A stretch of DNA of 62,969 nucleotides, the filler included, from Asterionella formosa (Eukaryota): the NCBI GenBank assembly GCA_002256025.1. It is 26 parts of 26 records of this genome, joined end to end, with 100 filler letters (N's around TTAATTAATTAA, not from the genome) between each part and the next. Parts side by side here need not be neighbours in the genome. Positions count along the whole stretch, not along the records: positions 28,030 to 45,354 come from NKIB01004504.1; positions 45,455 to 46,529 come from NKIB01004505.1; 24 more parts are not named here. One strand, 5' to 3'. Below, one piece after another: positions 34,826 through 46,529 of the stretch. How positions within the stretch are numbered: the first letter of the stretch is position 1; every line of letters starts with the position of its first letter. Under the pieces are notes generated by a model. The model worked only from the letters and a program-made list of their open reading frames with translations, did no database searches and was not told the DNA's origin. A program made the position numbers and the translations under genes.

Positions 34826-36334
34826 ATGACTTATGCAGTAGCACCACGTAGCTGCTTCATCATGTGGATGGGCACACTAATGGTCTTGACGAGCCGACAG
34901 GTTGCAGCCTTTGCGCCGTCTCGATTCTCCTCGATGCGCCCATCGATAATGGCTTCCTTCTCAGCTACCACGGAAGATTTGGAAGCGAGTATCAAGGCCA
35001 AGGGGGATGAAATTCGTCTCCTAAAGGAAGGAGGGGCTGATAAGTCAGCGGTTGCCCCGTTGGTGGCGGAACTGTTGGCCTTGAAGTCGCAATTGGACCC
35101 ATCCGTCAAAATACAGCCAACGCAGAAGGTAACCCAAAACGAACAGCCACTACCGGTCAAGGGGAAACCCGACAGCGATGACGACGATGAAGAATCGGAT
35201 TCTGATTTCATTACATCTAGAGAAGAAAACTACTCCAAATGGTACAATGATATTATTCGTGTCACTGGCCTAGCCGAAACCTCCCCTGTCCGGGGTTGCA
35301 TGGTTATTAAACCATGGGGCATGTCCATCTGGGACCGCATTCGTACCAATCTAGACGCAACGATTCAAGACCATGGAGCTGAAAATGCATATTTTCCGCT
35401 TCTCATCCCAAAGTCGTTTCTCTCAAAAGAGGCTGAACACGTAGATGGATTCGCAAAGGAATGTGCCGTTGTGACCCATCACAGATTGACGGCGGGTGAA
35501 GGTGGATTGATTGCTGATCCCGAAGCTGAATTGGAAGATCCTCTAATCATTAGGCCAACTTCTGAGACTATGATTTGGTATATGTTTCGGAAGTGGATTA
35601 ATAGTTACCGGTGAGTTGAATTTTAGGTGATGTTTGGTTTTTTCTTTTACTTGCCAACAACTAAACGATCCTTACAAAACGCCATTATGTTATTTTTCCC
35701 AGGGATCTACCATTGAAGGTTAACCAGTGGGCCAACGTTATGCGATGGGAGCTTCGAACGCGTCCTTTCCTGCGAACATCTGAATTTCTTTGGCAGGAGG
35801 GTCACACGGCTCATGCTACCGCAGAAGGAGCGATAGATGATGCGCGCACAATGATGGAAAATTATGCCCTCTTGTGTGAAAATCTTTTAGCCATGCCTGT
35901 CGTCAGGGGTTGCAAGTCACCGTCAGAACGATTTGCTGGCGCCGAGGAGACGTATACTATTGAAGCATTGATGCAAAATGGATGGGCATTACAAAGTGGA
36001 ACTTCTCATTTCCTCGGACAGTCCTTCGGAAAGGCCTTTGAAGTCACCTTTCAGGATGAACAGAACAAGCTGCAAGATGTTTGGGGAACATCGTGGGGCG
36101 TCTCAACTCGCTTGATTGGGGCTTTGATAATGACACATTCTGACGATGCTGGTTTGGTGTTGCCACCCCGTGTGGCACCAGTGCAAGTGGTGATCGTTAC
36201 TATTGATCCCAAGAAGAACGACGAGGCTGGTAAGGCTGCAATGAAAGAGGCTCTTGATACTTTGGTAGATGGTCTCAAAAAGCAAGGTCTTCGCGTGAAA
36301 GTGGATGACAGAGAGTACGTAAGAAATGGAGCGA
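34826..36334 (+). CDS. proS: Prolyl-tRNA synthetase (organellar, eukaryote/archaea-type) with plastid presequence and WHEP domain; intron 35611-35702; 3' end in gap
   Basis: ENYSKWY, IRPTSET, spliced [58 protein letters not shown] at 34901. Confidence 0.95.
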
Positions 36335-37261
36335 NNNNNNNNNNNNNNNNNNNNNNNNNNNNNNNNNNNNNNNNNNNNNNNNNNNNNNNNNNNNNNNNNN
36401 NNNNNNNNNNNNNNNNNNNNNNNNNNNNNNNNNNNNNNNNNNNNNNNNNNNNNNNNNNNNNNNNNNNNNNNNNNNNNNNNNNNNNNNNNNNNNNNNNNNN
36501 NNNNNNNNNNNNNNNNNNNNNNNNNNNNNNNNNNNNNNNNNNNNNNNNNNNNNNNNNNNNNNNNNNNNNNNNNNNNNNNNNNNNNNNNNNNNNNNNNNNN
36601 NNNNNNNNNNNNNNNNNNNNNNNNNNNNNNNNNNNNNNNNNNNNNNNNNNNNNNNNNNNNNNNNNNNNNNNNNNNNNNNNNNNNNNNNNNNNNNNNNNNN
36701 NNNNNNNNNNNNNNNNNNNNNNNNNNNNNNNNNNNNNNNNNNNNNNNNNNNNNNNNNNNNNNNNNNNNNNNNNNNNNNNNNNNNNNNNNNNNNNNNNNNN
36801 NNNNNNNNNNNNNNNNNNNNNNNNNNNNNNNNNNNNNNNNNNNNNNNNNNNNNNNNNNNNNNNNNNNNNNNNNNNNNNNNNNNNNNNNNNNNNNNNNNNN
36901 NNNNNNNNNNNNNNNNNNNNNNNNNNNNNNNNNNNNNNNNNNNNNNNNNNNNNNNNNNNNNNNNNNNNNNNNNNNNNNNNNNNNNNNNNNNNNNNNNNNN
37001 NNNNNNNNNNNNNNNNNNNNNNNNNNNNNNNNNNNNNNNNNNNNNNNNNNNNNNNNNNNNNNNNNNNNNNNNNNNNNNNNNNNNNNNNNNNNNNNNNNNN
37101 NNNNNNNNNNNNNNNNNNNNNNNNNNNNNNNNNNNNNNNNNNNNNNNNNNNNNNNNNNNNNNNNNNNNNNNNNNNNNNNNNNNNNNNNNNNNNNNNNNNN
37201 NNNNNNNNNNNNNNNNNNNNNNNNNNNNNNNNNNNNNNNNNNNNNNNNNNNNNNNNNNNNN

Positions 37262-37913
37262 TTCTTGAAGGGTGGTCATCACAGCTGGGTCGGTTGAACG
37301 GAGTCCATACTGGTTGCCCCTGAAATAAGCGCATGGCATGAACGATATTATCCATGTCACAAGTGAAGCGATGATAAATCCCTTCTGGTAAAGTCATGAG
37401 ATCGCCCTTTTTGACATGAATGCGAATCCAGTTGTCTTCTTTGTCGCGAACATCGAAGAAGCCAGATCCACCGACGATGTAACGAATCTCTTCAGCATCA
37501 TGAATATGCTCTTCAAAGAAAGATTTAAGTTTCAATTCATATTCCGGCAAGTGATCCGGGTGCACTGTAATGATATCAGCATAGCTGTAACCACGATCAT
37601 CACGGAGCTGTTGTAGCTTTGGATCCATTGCATCTTTGGGATCCCAAGGAACGGCCTTGATGGGGTACGTGTAACTTTCAGCGTCCATTTTCCAATATGC
37701 GATACCAATGTCCCGCAGTTGCGCGACGGAAATCGGGACGTTGGGCTCAAGCCTGTTGTCTGCCTTTTGATCTTCAATGTCGCCTTGGACCATCATCCAT
37801 GCTTCAGGCCATTCCTCGTCGGGGGCTTCAGCCAGAACCATCTTTTGCTTCTTTATGACCGGGAGTTCTTGGTTAGAAGGAGTCTTGTTATCACAAACCT
37901 CGTCAATGCTCAT
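37262..37913 (-). CDS. ADI1: Acireductone dioxygenase (methionine salvage); 3' end in gap
   Basis: RGYSYADI, FFEEHIHDAEEIRY, GSGFFDVRD, LPEGIYHRF, AMRLFQGQPVWTPFNR. Confidence 0.95.
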
Positions 37914-38586
37914 ATTGACAAACCAGGTAATAGATTTGTGGCGAAGCGGAGGATGTAGGAAACGGCACCGCCCTGTCAAAAACTGCTCAAGACCAACTTG
38001 AATTGCCAAGACCTTTGCCTACCGGTACATACGACATTACGGGGAAACCTTCCGCCAGCTGCTTGAGTCTACGTAGGTACCTGGTACTCATCCAGTGTAC
38101 GTATGAGTCTGAATTTGTCTCAATCTGTATGACAAGAATCAGAGCCTACAGGTACGCATGTTTCAGGAGGAGCCTTCCTATCATACCTCCAGGTTGGCTC
38201 TACGTACGTACCGGTACTCAGTCCTAGTCAGTCTGTGATGCACAGTAGATGACGTTGCTTATTATCGGATTCTTTCCGACTAGGCTGATTTCAGTCTAAT
38301 AGACTGGATTCAGTCTGGGTTTTCATTCCCTTGCCCCTAGATCAATTCATTGGATATTTCATTTCTGAAAAGTTAATCTAAATCTAAAGAACTGCAGGTT
38401 TCTGGAGGTATGCATGCCAATAAGCTTATAGGGTCAAAAAAATTCAGATGCATGAGAAGCCTACCAGCCAAAAAAATCTCAAAAATGTTTATGTGGCGCC
38501 TGGGATGGCGCGAAAACAAAAATTGACCATGGGTATCAGTTACTCCATACACTAGAGGGTCCGCCAATAGCTTAATATTTTCCTAA

Positions 38587-41035
38587 GGGCTGTTCTTATC
38601 ATTATGTCATTGGTCGTCATTGGTGTATCATCTCCAAAAATATGAAACAAAAATGGCAGTTTGGACATTTTTGTGTATCACCAACGGGTTTTTTTGACTG
38701 CTCACCAGTGTATCATGGGTGTGTCACTGATACAGTTTTTGGACCCCTGACCAATGCTGTATCAATGATACAGCCGGTTTTTGCTGTGTATCACGTCTGT
38801 TGTCACTGACAAAATAACTGTAAATACGCGAGCACAACACTATTAAATATTGCATCAACTAATTTTTTTGTTATATATATACTCTGTATAGCTACACTAC
38901 CTTTCAGCTTTGTCAGTCAATCAAGAATCAGTAGTGTGCTCATCTCTATACCTGTCTTCCAACATTGACTATATCTCGATTAATTGGTGCAATGAGCAGC
39001 AAAGTAGTGGATATAGCTGAAACTTTGCTCTGATGCTGCCAATATTCCCATTTCGGAAAAGAATCAATGCCATATAGCTGATGAGGACGTCGAAGATATT
39101 GTTAAGTCGTCTACTGATGTTCCAACTAACATTGACAAGATGGGTCTTGTTGAAAAGAGTAAACCTCCAACTGCTGGCTGGTACACTTGACATTGACGAG
39201 ATGGGTCCACCTGAAAATAAAATACCTCCAACTGCTGGTAGCTACACTTCTTGACATTGAAGAGATGGGTCCATCTGAAAATATAATACCTCCAACTGGT
39301 GTTAGCTACACTTGACGTTGACGAGATTGGTCCATCTGAAAAGAAAATACATCCAAGTGCTGGTTCACTTCTTGACATTGACAAGATGGGTCCATCTGAA
39401 AATAAAATACCTCCAACTGCTGGTACACTTGCTTGACATTGACGAGATTGGTCCATCTGAAAATAAAATACCTCCAACTGCTGGTACAATTGACATTGAC
39501 GAGATGGATCCAACTGAAAATAAAATACCTCCAACTGCTGGTACACTTGACATTGACAAGATGGGTCCCCCTGAAAAGAGGAAACCCTTCATTCCTGGTT
39601 GTCTAAACAATATTGATGAGTTCGTCAACTCGCTCATAGTACCAGATGACTTTATTCTGGATGAAGCTGGGCTGGTATTGATTCATTTCATAGGAATTGA
39701 CATAAAACACATATCTGTCAAGGTCCTTCGAAAAATTTGCGTGAGATTTAAAGTGTCAGGGTACAGGAAGAATGGCAAGAAGGACTGCACTATTTCCTTA
39801 ATTATTTGTTTACTGAAAAGAGAGTGGCTGGTTGGTCAACTATACCCTCCTAGTATGATCAACTAAAATAAAGTGATTGACATCCACAACATCCACAACA
39901 ACAACATCAACGGCAATAAAAAAGAATCTATTATTGAAGAGGAAGATAAGAGTCGTGGCAATGTTGATATGGACTCTAATTCACAGAAATAGAAGCCAGA
40001 TGAACCAGACAAAGACCCTGACTATGTTCTTAATTCGAATACTAGCAGTGATGACGATGACAAATCATTGTCTCCTCCTCCTGTTGCAAATTAGGCAGGA
40101 AAAAAGAGGCTACAGTAGTAGCAAAATCAACTCCTCCAAGCAGTGTCACTTGTGCCAACACATATTTTCGTGTCATCAATGTGTACATGTGTAAGTAACA
40201 CAGAAGTGATGCGTTGATGCTTGGTCAGCCTCCAACTATGGCTGAAGTGGATACAAGGAATTCAGACACAAATACATTTTCGATAGACTCATAACTACAT
40301 TCCTTGATGATGACAATGAGCGATGACAGCAATAATCTTGCTTTTTCACAAGATCCTTATTGGGAACAAATAGGGATAGACAGTTGTTACCAAAAGACAT
40401 ATGATGCTCTGTCCTCTGTCAAATTTTTTATGGCAATGGGGCACATTAACTATCATTACCTAATTGCATACAGGAACAACAAAATTCTCGAAAGCAATCT
40501 TGTGATGCATTGAGTTTCTCGACATGTGATTGCCAGGAGATTCTTTCATGGTGCCTCTTGTGCCTTCCTTGTCGTCATTTTTCTGATTAGTTATGCTGCC
40601 GTTTACAGCATCGCCTTCGTAGTTTGGATGAATATGTTCTTTTTCCTCTGCTCCTTCCATAGCTAAATGACAGAGGAAGAAGAAATCAAGGTCACTGCTG
40701 TCATCATCCTTATCATCAAGAAACTCAAAAGGCGACAGCATGATTCATGCAATGGTTTGTTTTTATTATAAAATAGTTTAATTATATTCTACTATGTTGC
40801 TTGCTTGATATCAAGACCATCATTATATTCTGGAGGGATATACACATGATCTTTGCCAGCCTGTTGCTGTTGAAGATCCATGTTACTCCATGATACAATG
40901 TGATCACAAATTAGTGATAGCTACAGTGTCACTTTTGGAATGAATGAAATTCAGTTCAAATCGAATTACCATTGCTGATACATTTTAAAAAATATATAAA
41001 TTCCGTGATACACGAAAAAATGATAAGAACAGCCC
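38587..41035. mobile_element. Complete non-autonomous PIF/Harbinger-like element (family B), 2449 bp
   Basis: 17-bp TIR GGGCTGTTCTTATCATT / AATGATAAGAACAGCCC with flanks TAA and TAC, subterminal GTGTATCA repeats and a decayed internal ORF. The same end preceded by TAA is at 62005. Confidence 0.85.
39129..39590 (+). repeat. Tandem repeat, 8 copies of a 57-bp core unit (19-aa DIDEMGPPENKIPPTAGTL) inside the Harbinger-like element
   Basis: Unit starts at about 39129, 39190, 39254, 39315, 39375, 39436, 39493 and 39550. Longer units carry 3-7 bp insertions. Confidence 0.92.
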
Positions 41036-41240
41036 TACCCAGTAAGTAAAAACGTGTTTTACGGGGGTAACCAGCAAGTTGCGGTCATTTTGCTGAAATA
41101 AACATTTTAATCTAGGATTAAAAAGCGCTAAATCTCCAGTTTCAGCATACCGGTACTTACGACGGCAACTTTCAGGTACTGGCACTGTACTCCCATTACT
41201 CAGTACCTACGACACATTGCTGTTTGCTCGTGGGGTCTAC

Positions 41241-41338
41241 GACCGGCAAGTTCCGGTAATTTTGCTGAATCTAAAAGTTTAGCTATCTTTATCCCATATT
41301 AAATTGTTAGTTGAGCAAAATTACCGCAACGTGCGGTC
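41241..41338. repeat. ~98-bp fold-back mini-element with ~28-bp imperfect inverted ends; relatives at 41071-41177, 54622-54683 and ~56185-56213
   Basis: gaccggcaagttccggtaattttgctgaa versus ttgagcaaaattaccgcaacgtgcggtc. The core gcaaaattaccgc recurs on three contigs. Confidence 0.7.
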
Positions 41339-42057
41339 TTCATGTACCGTTGGGTGGAAATGCAGGGTGTGTACCAGGTACCAGGTACTGGTAGTATGCT
41401 CCGAGTTTATGATTACCGGTACCAGGTACTGACGTACGCGCATACGCGTATACCCGAAAATGTCTCGATCTGACGGAACAACAAGTTAACTGATATTGAT
41501 CCGCCAGCAGGCGGCGGGTGAGAAATAGGGACAATAATATTCTTCTGGCAGCGGTGTAATGGAGATGGAAGTCGGGTTTACTACAAAATTGCACTCCTAA
41601 AGCATATTTACTATTTATGCAGTATATTCAGAGGTAAAAACTGATGCTTCATCCTTGACTAAGTAAAATGTATGAAGGGGAGGAACAATGGGTAAACAGG
41701 TGTACCGGTAGTGAAACGAAGTGGTGACCAAATTATGGGATGAAGGAATTTTCGGCAAGAATTACCACTTTTCCGGGCGACCATCAAACCTATCTGTAGT
41801 TTTTCACACTACCTCGAGAACTAATTGAAAATGATATTCGAATAAATAGTGCGTCTACATTTGAAGTGTCTTTATTAGTGGAGATGAATAAATCTTCAGC
41901 AATCAACGAAAGTTCCTGAACCAACTTAAAACAACTATTTAACAGGTTTTCGTATACTCGAAATCGAATAAATAGTGCGTCTATATGTGATTTGTGTTCA
42001 TGATTAGTGTCGACCTCCGTTTGACGTTGAGACCCTCCCGCAAGGCTGTGTGATGCA

Positions 42058-43542
42058 TTACAATTGCATAGGTTCCGATCGATCGGTCAAAAATGAGATC
42101 CCGACTCCACGAGCACCATCTTTAGCCTTTTGCAGGGCAGATGGATCCAAATTAGAAGCCAGCCACGGGTGAGTGAGGGCCTGTTCGGCCGTATAACGAT
42201 ACTCTGTGTTATAGCTCAGAAGTGTAGAGACAAAAGCCATGGCTTCGTCCGAGACATCCCGGAATAGTTCATGTGGAAACGTGTATTCGCCCTGGACAAT
42301 CGAGGCCTTGATGGCTTCATCATTCTTTCCGTAAAAAGGTGGAGCCCCAGAGAGGAGCATGTAGACAATGACTCCAAGTGACCAGAGATCACAAGCTTCC
42401 GTGTATGATTTTTTCAACACTTCCGGGGCCACGTAGTATGAGGATCCTACTACTCTTGATAGACGCTGCCCTGGAGTGAAGTGAGTCGACAAGCCAAAGT
42501 CAATCAATTTTAATGAAGACCAGACATCTTTACCGGACTCGAGGACCCAATTCTCCAACTTCAAATCGCGGTGACAAATGGAGCGAGAGTGCAAAAATGC
42601 AACAGCCGAGAGCATTTCTGCAACAGTCTTGGCGGCGTAGGATTCCGTCACACCATGCTTGGGGTGAGTTGTGAGCAAGTGAAACAAATCACCACCACGC
42701 CCCAGCTCAGTTATTATAAATAGTTCGTTGTCGACACAAAAGACATCATACAGACGAATGACATTATGATGCCCACGCAGTTCTCGCAAGACATTTACTT
42801 CTTCTTGCAGTTTTGCAATATACTTCGGGTCATTTCGAAGCATGACACACTTGCAAGCAAACTTCTTACGCTTGCCGGCACGGTGACCTTCGGGTTCACC
42901 TCGTGAAGCAATGCACACTTGTCCGTAGGAGCCCTTGCCAATTACCAGGTCTCGATGTAAGAGATAGGCAGGTCGACGGGGTTGAGCCGAGGGTGGGGAT
43001 TCCGATGTAACTGCTGGTGGTGGAAAGGTTGGCTCTGGAGAGGACGATTTGTACACCGGAGGGTAGGCAGCAGCGGCGGCATTCGTTGGCGCTGGTCGTT
43101 GCTGTTGGAAGACTGCTTGGTTAAATGGCGGCACAGTTCCATTCTGTAGTGGCTGTGGTGGTTGATTCGACTGGTTGGAGTTGGATCCCCTGGAAGACGA
43201 TCTATTGGAACGTGATCGATTATCTTGAAGAGTGGTTTCACCATTCTCTTGCCTTGATCTGCGATACAATGAGCTAACCTTGGCTTGGTTTGGTGCTGCC
43301 CCAAATGGGAATTTCGGTCGATTATCACTATCCACGTCCATTCCAACGCCTGCCGTTGCTTGAGGCGCAACTGATGCAGACGCGTGATACCCAAGCATGG
43401 GTTGCTGTGAAGCAGCAGGGGGTCGACTTGCGTGGTGTGTTGTCTGCGCAGGTGTTCCAAACGTTGTGGTCATTCCGGAAGCAGCAGGAACAGAATTCGG
43501 TAAAGTATTGGTATGAGATCCACGAGGATTCCAAGTGCTCAT
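42058..43542 (-). CDS. CAMK/CDPK-like Ser/Thr protein kinase without EF-hands
   Basis: GKGSYG, ACK, HRDLKLEN, DFG, GSSYYVAPE, DLWSLGV. Q/P/S-rich N-terminus; ends shortly after the kinase domain. Confidence 0.93.
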   Translation of the reverse strand: MSTWNPRGSHTNTLPNSVPAASGMTTTFGTPAQTTHHASRPPAASQQPMLGYHASASVAPQATAGVGMDVDSDNRPKFPFGAAPNQAKVSSLYRRSRQENGETTLQDNRSRSNRSSSRGSNSNQSNQPPQPLQNGTVPPFNQAVFQQQRPAPTNAAAAAYPPVYKSSSPEPTFPPPAVTSESPPSAQPRRPAYLLHRDLVIGKGSYGQVCIASRGEPEGHRAGKRKKFACKCVMLRNDPKYIAKLQEEVNVLRELRGHHNVIRLYDVFCVDNELFIITELGRGGDLFHLLTTHPKHGVTESYAAKTVAEMLSAVAFLHSRSICHRDLKLENWVLESGKDVWSSLKLIDFGLSTHFTPGQRLSRVVGSSYYVAPEVLKKSYTEACDLWSLGVIVYMLLSGAPPFYGKNDEAIKASIVQGEYTFPHELFRDVSDEAMAFVSTLLSYNTEYRYTAEQALTHPWLASNLDPSALQKAKDGARGVGISFLTDRSEPMQL

Positions 43543-45066
43543 GTTCGGCCTCGTCAATGAGGCTGAAATAACAATCTACAGGAGCAAATGAGAGGCTCCA
43601 ATCAGATGTGACGGATGACAGCCAATCAATCGATTAGATTGGATGAATCAACGTTATGGCCGTTTCAGGCGAGAAACAAACCTTTACTTCCTTCTCGGAC
43701 GAAAGAAGGTATTATCTGCCCAGTGTCTGGTGATGTGATATGATGAACTGACGTCTCCTTTGGTTTCACTTTGAAATAAGTCTCCAAAGTTTGATCTCGT
43801 GGGATGAAAAGCTCCCGTATTCGTCACACGTAGATTCCACACAAAAATATGGAAAAATGACGGGATGCAAATTTCAATCTCAACGATTCAATCCTGCAGT
43901 AATCACAACAATGATCAGAAGGATCAAATGAAATAGATACAATGGCGTCGATGAGTGCAATATCAATTGTAAGTCAATCAATATGATTGCAATGGAGTAT
44001 AGGAAACGGTGAACAAACGGTACTTTTCACTTCCGAAACTGTGTGCTTCGTACCATCTGCGAGAAGTTGACGTTAAATTACGGGTGAGATCAAATATGTC
44101 TTGAGCGTTGTATATATAATATATACAAACTATATATAGATAGTAAAAAACGGCGAGCCTCGACAAAAACATGTCGGGTTTCAGCGAACCAAATACCCCG
44201 AAAGCGTCCGAGTTTGCCCGTATAAACGGGAGTATAACGGTTTGAAATGGGCTCCCGTTTTTCGCATTCAGCCATGGCGTTTCACTGATCAGCTGAAATG
44301 CACATGATTGCCTCCGTTTATAAACCATTGGATGGTTAACAATTCTGATCGGGGATATCCGATTGTCGACTATTGGCTCGGGAGAAAACTCAACGAGTAA
44401 AAGAACTTCTGAAAACAAGCCATCAACGAACAATGCTTACCAAGCGACTTAAAAGCGAATCCAAACCTCAAAAATGCGGAAATACAAGCACTTCGTTGGC
44501 GTAAGTGATGAAATCGATAGAAAGCGAATTCTATCAAGGATAATGGCAAAGAATGATTGAATGCAATTAGCGTTCCTCCAAGCAAATGTGTTGACTTAAA
44601 ACAATGATCGAATCACACGAAGGAAGGAAAATTACGGGCTCGGATCAAGCCAAATAAATGCTATAGTAACAGTTTCACTATCCTCATTATTGAATATGTC
44701 AATAAACCAGTGACATGCTCGACCAAGGGAACTGAAAAAGGCTCCGCCTCAAAACATGCATTATATGATTGGCTTTTGGAGGCGCGCCAAAATAAAATCG
44801 GGACTATTACATAAGAATCATAGGAACCGGTGTATCATAGGTATATTTCTTGGTGTAACAACAATAAAAAATACCCTTCGAGAGTCCTAGGACATAGATG
44901 TAAATTCGGCTTTGGGTCGGAGGACTACATGAATCATTGTAAATCAACTGCTTTTGCTCGTTGAACCAATCGAACGCTTCTTTTCTCTTTTCTTCCTTCT
45001 GGCCTCTATTAACCATACTTCCGCTCTCTTCTCCGTTGACCGATTGCATAAAACTCAAATAACACA

Positions 45067-45354
45067 ATGATTCTCCAACTAGACAACTGGCACCTTGGCT
45101 ACGCTCAAATTCTGACCGACTGCCGTCAAGGAGGGTCCGTGTGGATCTTTTGTGGGGCTGATGCAGACGCCATGGCAGCTGCTCGCATCGTGAGTTATAT
45201 GCTCCGATCAGACGGGATATCCTACCAACTTCGCCCTTGTTGGACCTACAGCAGTTTGGAGAGAATGCTCGAGGAGGCAGATGATTGCAAGGCAATCTTG
45301 TTGTTGAATCTTGGTGCATCTCGTAACTTGACCAAGCTTTTTAGACCAAGACTG
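45067..45354 (+). CDS. CDC45: DNA replication factor CDC45, N-terminal part (cut by scaffold end)
   Basis: VWIFCGADADAMAAARIVSYMLRSDGISYQLRP..ILLLNLGA, the DHH-like Cdc45 N-terminus. Confidence 0.85.
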
Positions 45355-45790
45355 NNNNNNNNNNNNNNNNNNNNNNNNNNNNNNNNNNNNNNNNNNNNTT
45401 AATTAATTAANNNNNNNNNNNNNNNNNNNNNNNNNNNNNNNNNNNNNNNNNNNNGGAGTATAGTCTACATGGAACCAGTAGCTTTGAGCATGCGACTGTT
45501 TGCCCTAATTGACAGAAATTCATATACCTTACGACATCGAATGTAGTTTTATATGAAGTATTTGACAGCATTTTCTAAGAAAAGCTTTTATGAATAGCCG
45601 AATCCAGGAAAGGACCATTCCCGCTTGGGTTTTTTCGCTAGAATTTCAGTGAAGACAAATATGACGTGCTCCACATTCACATGATGTTAAAGACTTCTTT
45701 GCGATGCAAAATACAACAGAAAAGCTCAAAGCAAAGCCTGATATATTGGCAGGACTCATCATCGTCACAGCCGTCAAATCAATAAAATAA

Positions 45791-46529
45791 ATGACGAATA
45801 TAATGAATATCTTTTCGAAAAAAGGATTGCGCAACAATATTAACTCGATATTCGATCGGTGCAAGTCCATGAAGATATTGCAAAACCACTTTCCGACAAG
45901 GCTATGTAGAACTACAAGGCCTTCGAATGGTGCAAGTCACATCAGTAGCATCAATCGGAAACAATACCGAGATGAAAAACTATCAGGACCTCTTGCATAT
46001 AAGACAGAGGACACAGCCCTTCATGTGGCTATTTTGACCTGGTACTTGCTCTTCGGGGCGTTGCATGAGTTCTCCCATGTCCTCGCTGCTGCGGCCATTG
46101 GAATCGGAAACGAAGTCTCTGTCAAAGATATCCTTCTCGCTGTCCTTGCACGAGGAGTCATCATTCCTGGACTCTACAATGCTGATCCTGTCTCGGTGAT
46201 GATCATTCGTCATAGCGGATGGATATCAAGTATCCTGGTGGGTCTCGTTGTTCATTTGATCCATTCAAGGACACACAGTGCAACCAATAAGTGGATCAAC
46301 TCCGCTCGCTCTGCTGCTTGGATTACAACAGTCGAGGCGATAAGTACCGATCTTCTTGGCTTTGGCCTGTATGGCACCTTGAGCTCGTCCACTTTCCTTT
46401 GCGGCAACTTTGGAATTATCCTCATCAACCCACTCTGGACTGAAAGCTCCCAAAGTAGTAAACAGGTCCTTGATTTACTTGCCAAGATGATTAGTGTCAC
46501 CATGATGCGAGGTGCACAGACTGGTGGAG
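45791..46529 (+). CDS. Partial protein: membrane HExxH (M50-like) region fused to the start of a class II glutamine amidotransferase (Ntn) domain
   Basis: LHEFSHV in a hydrophobic helix (46064-46078), further TM segments, then CGNFG (46400) and MMRGAQTGG. Start uncertain; 3' end truncated. Confidence 0.7.

Noticed and set aside
36051..38009. 652-aa ORF and other ORFs running through N gaps or linkers
   Set aside because: Artefacts of translating Ns. The region holds two convergent genes (ProRS and ARD) whose 3' ends lie in the gap.
39129..39590. CRISPR-like array
   Set aside because: Units are contiguous with no unique spacers, the 57-bp period is codon-compatible, there are no cas genes and the context is eukaryotic.
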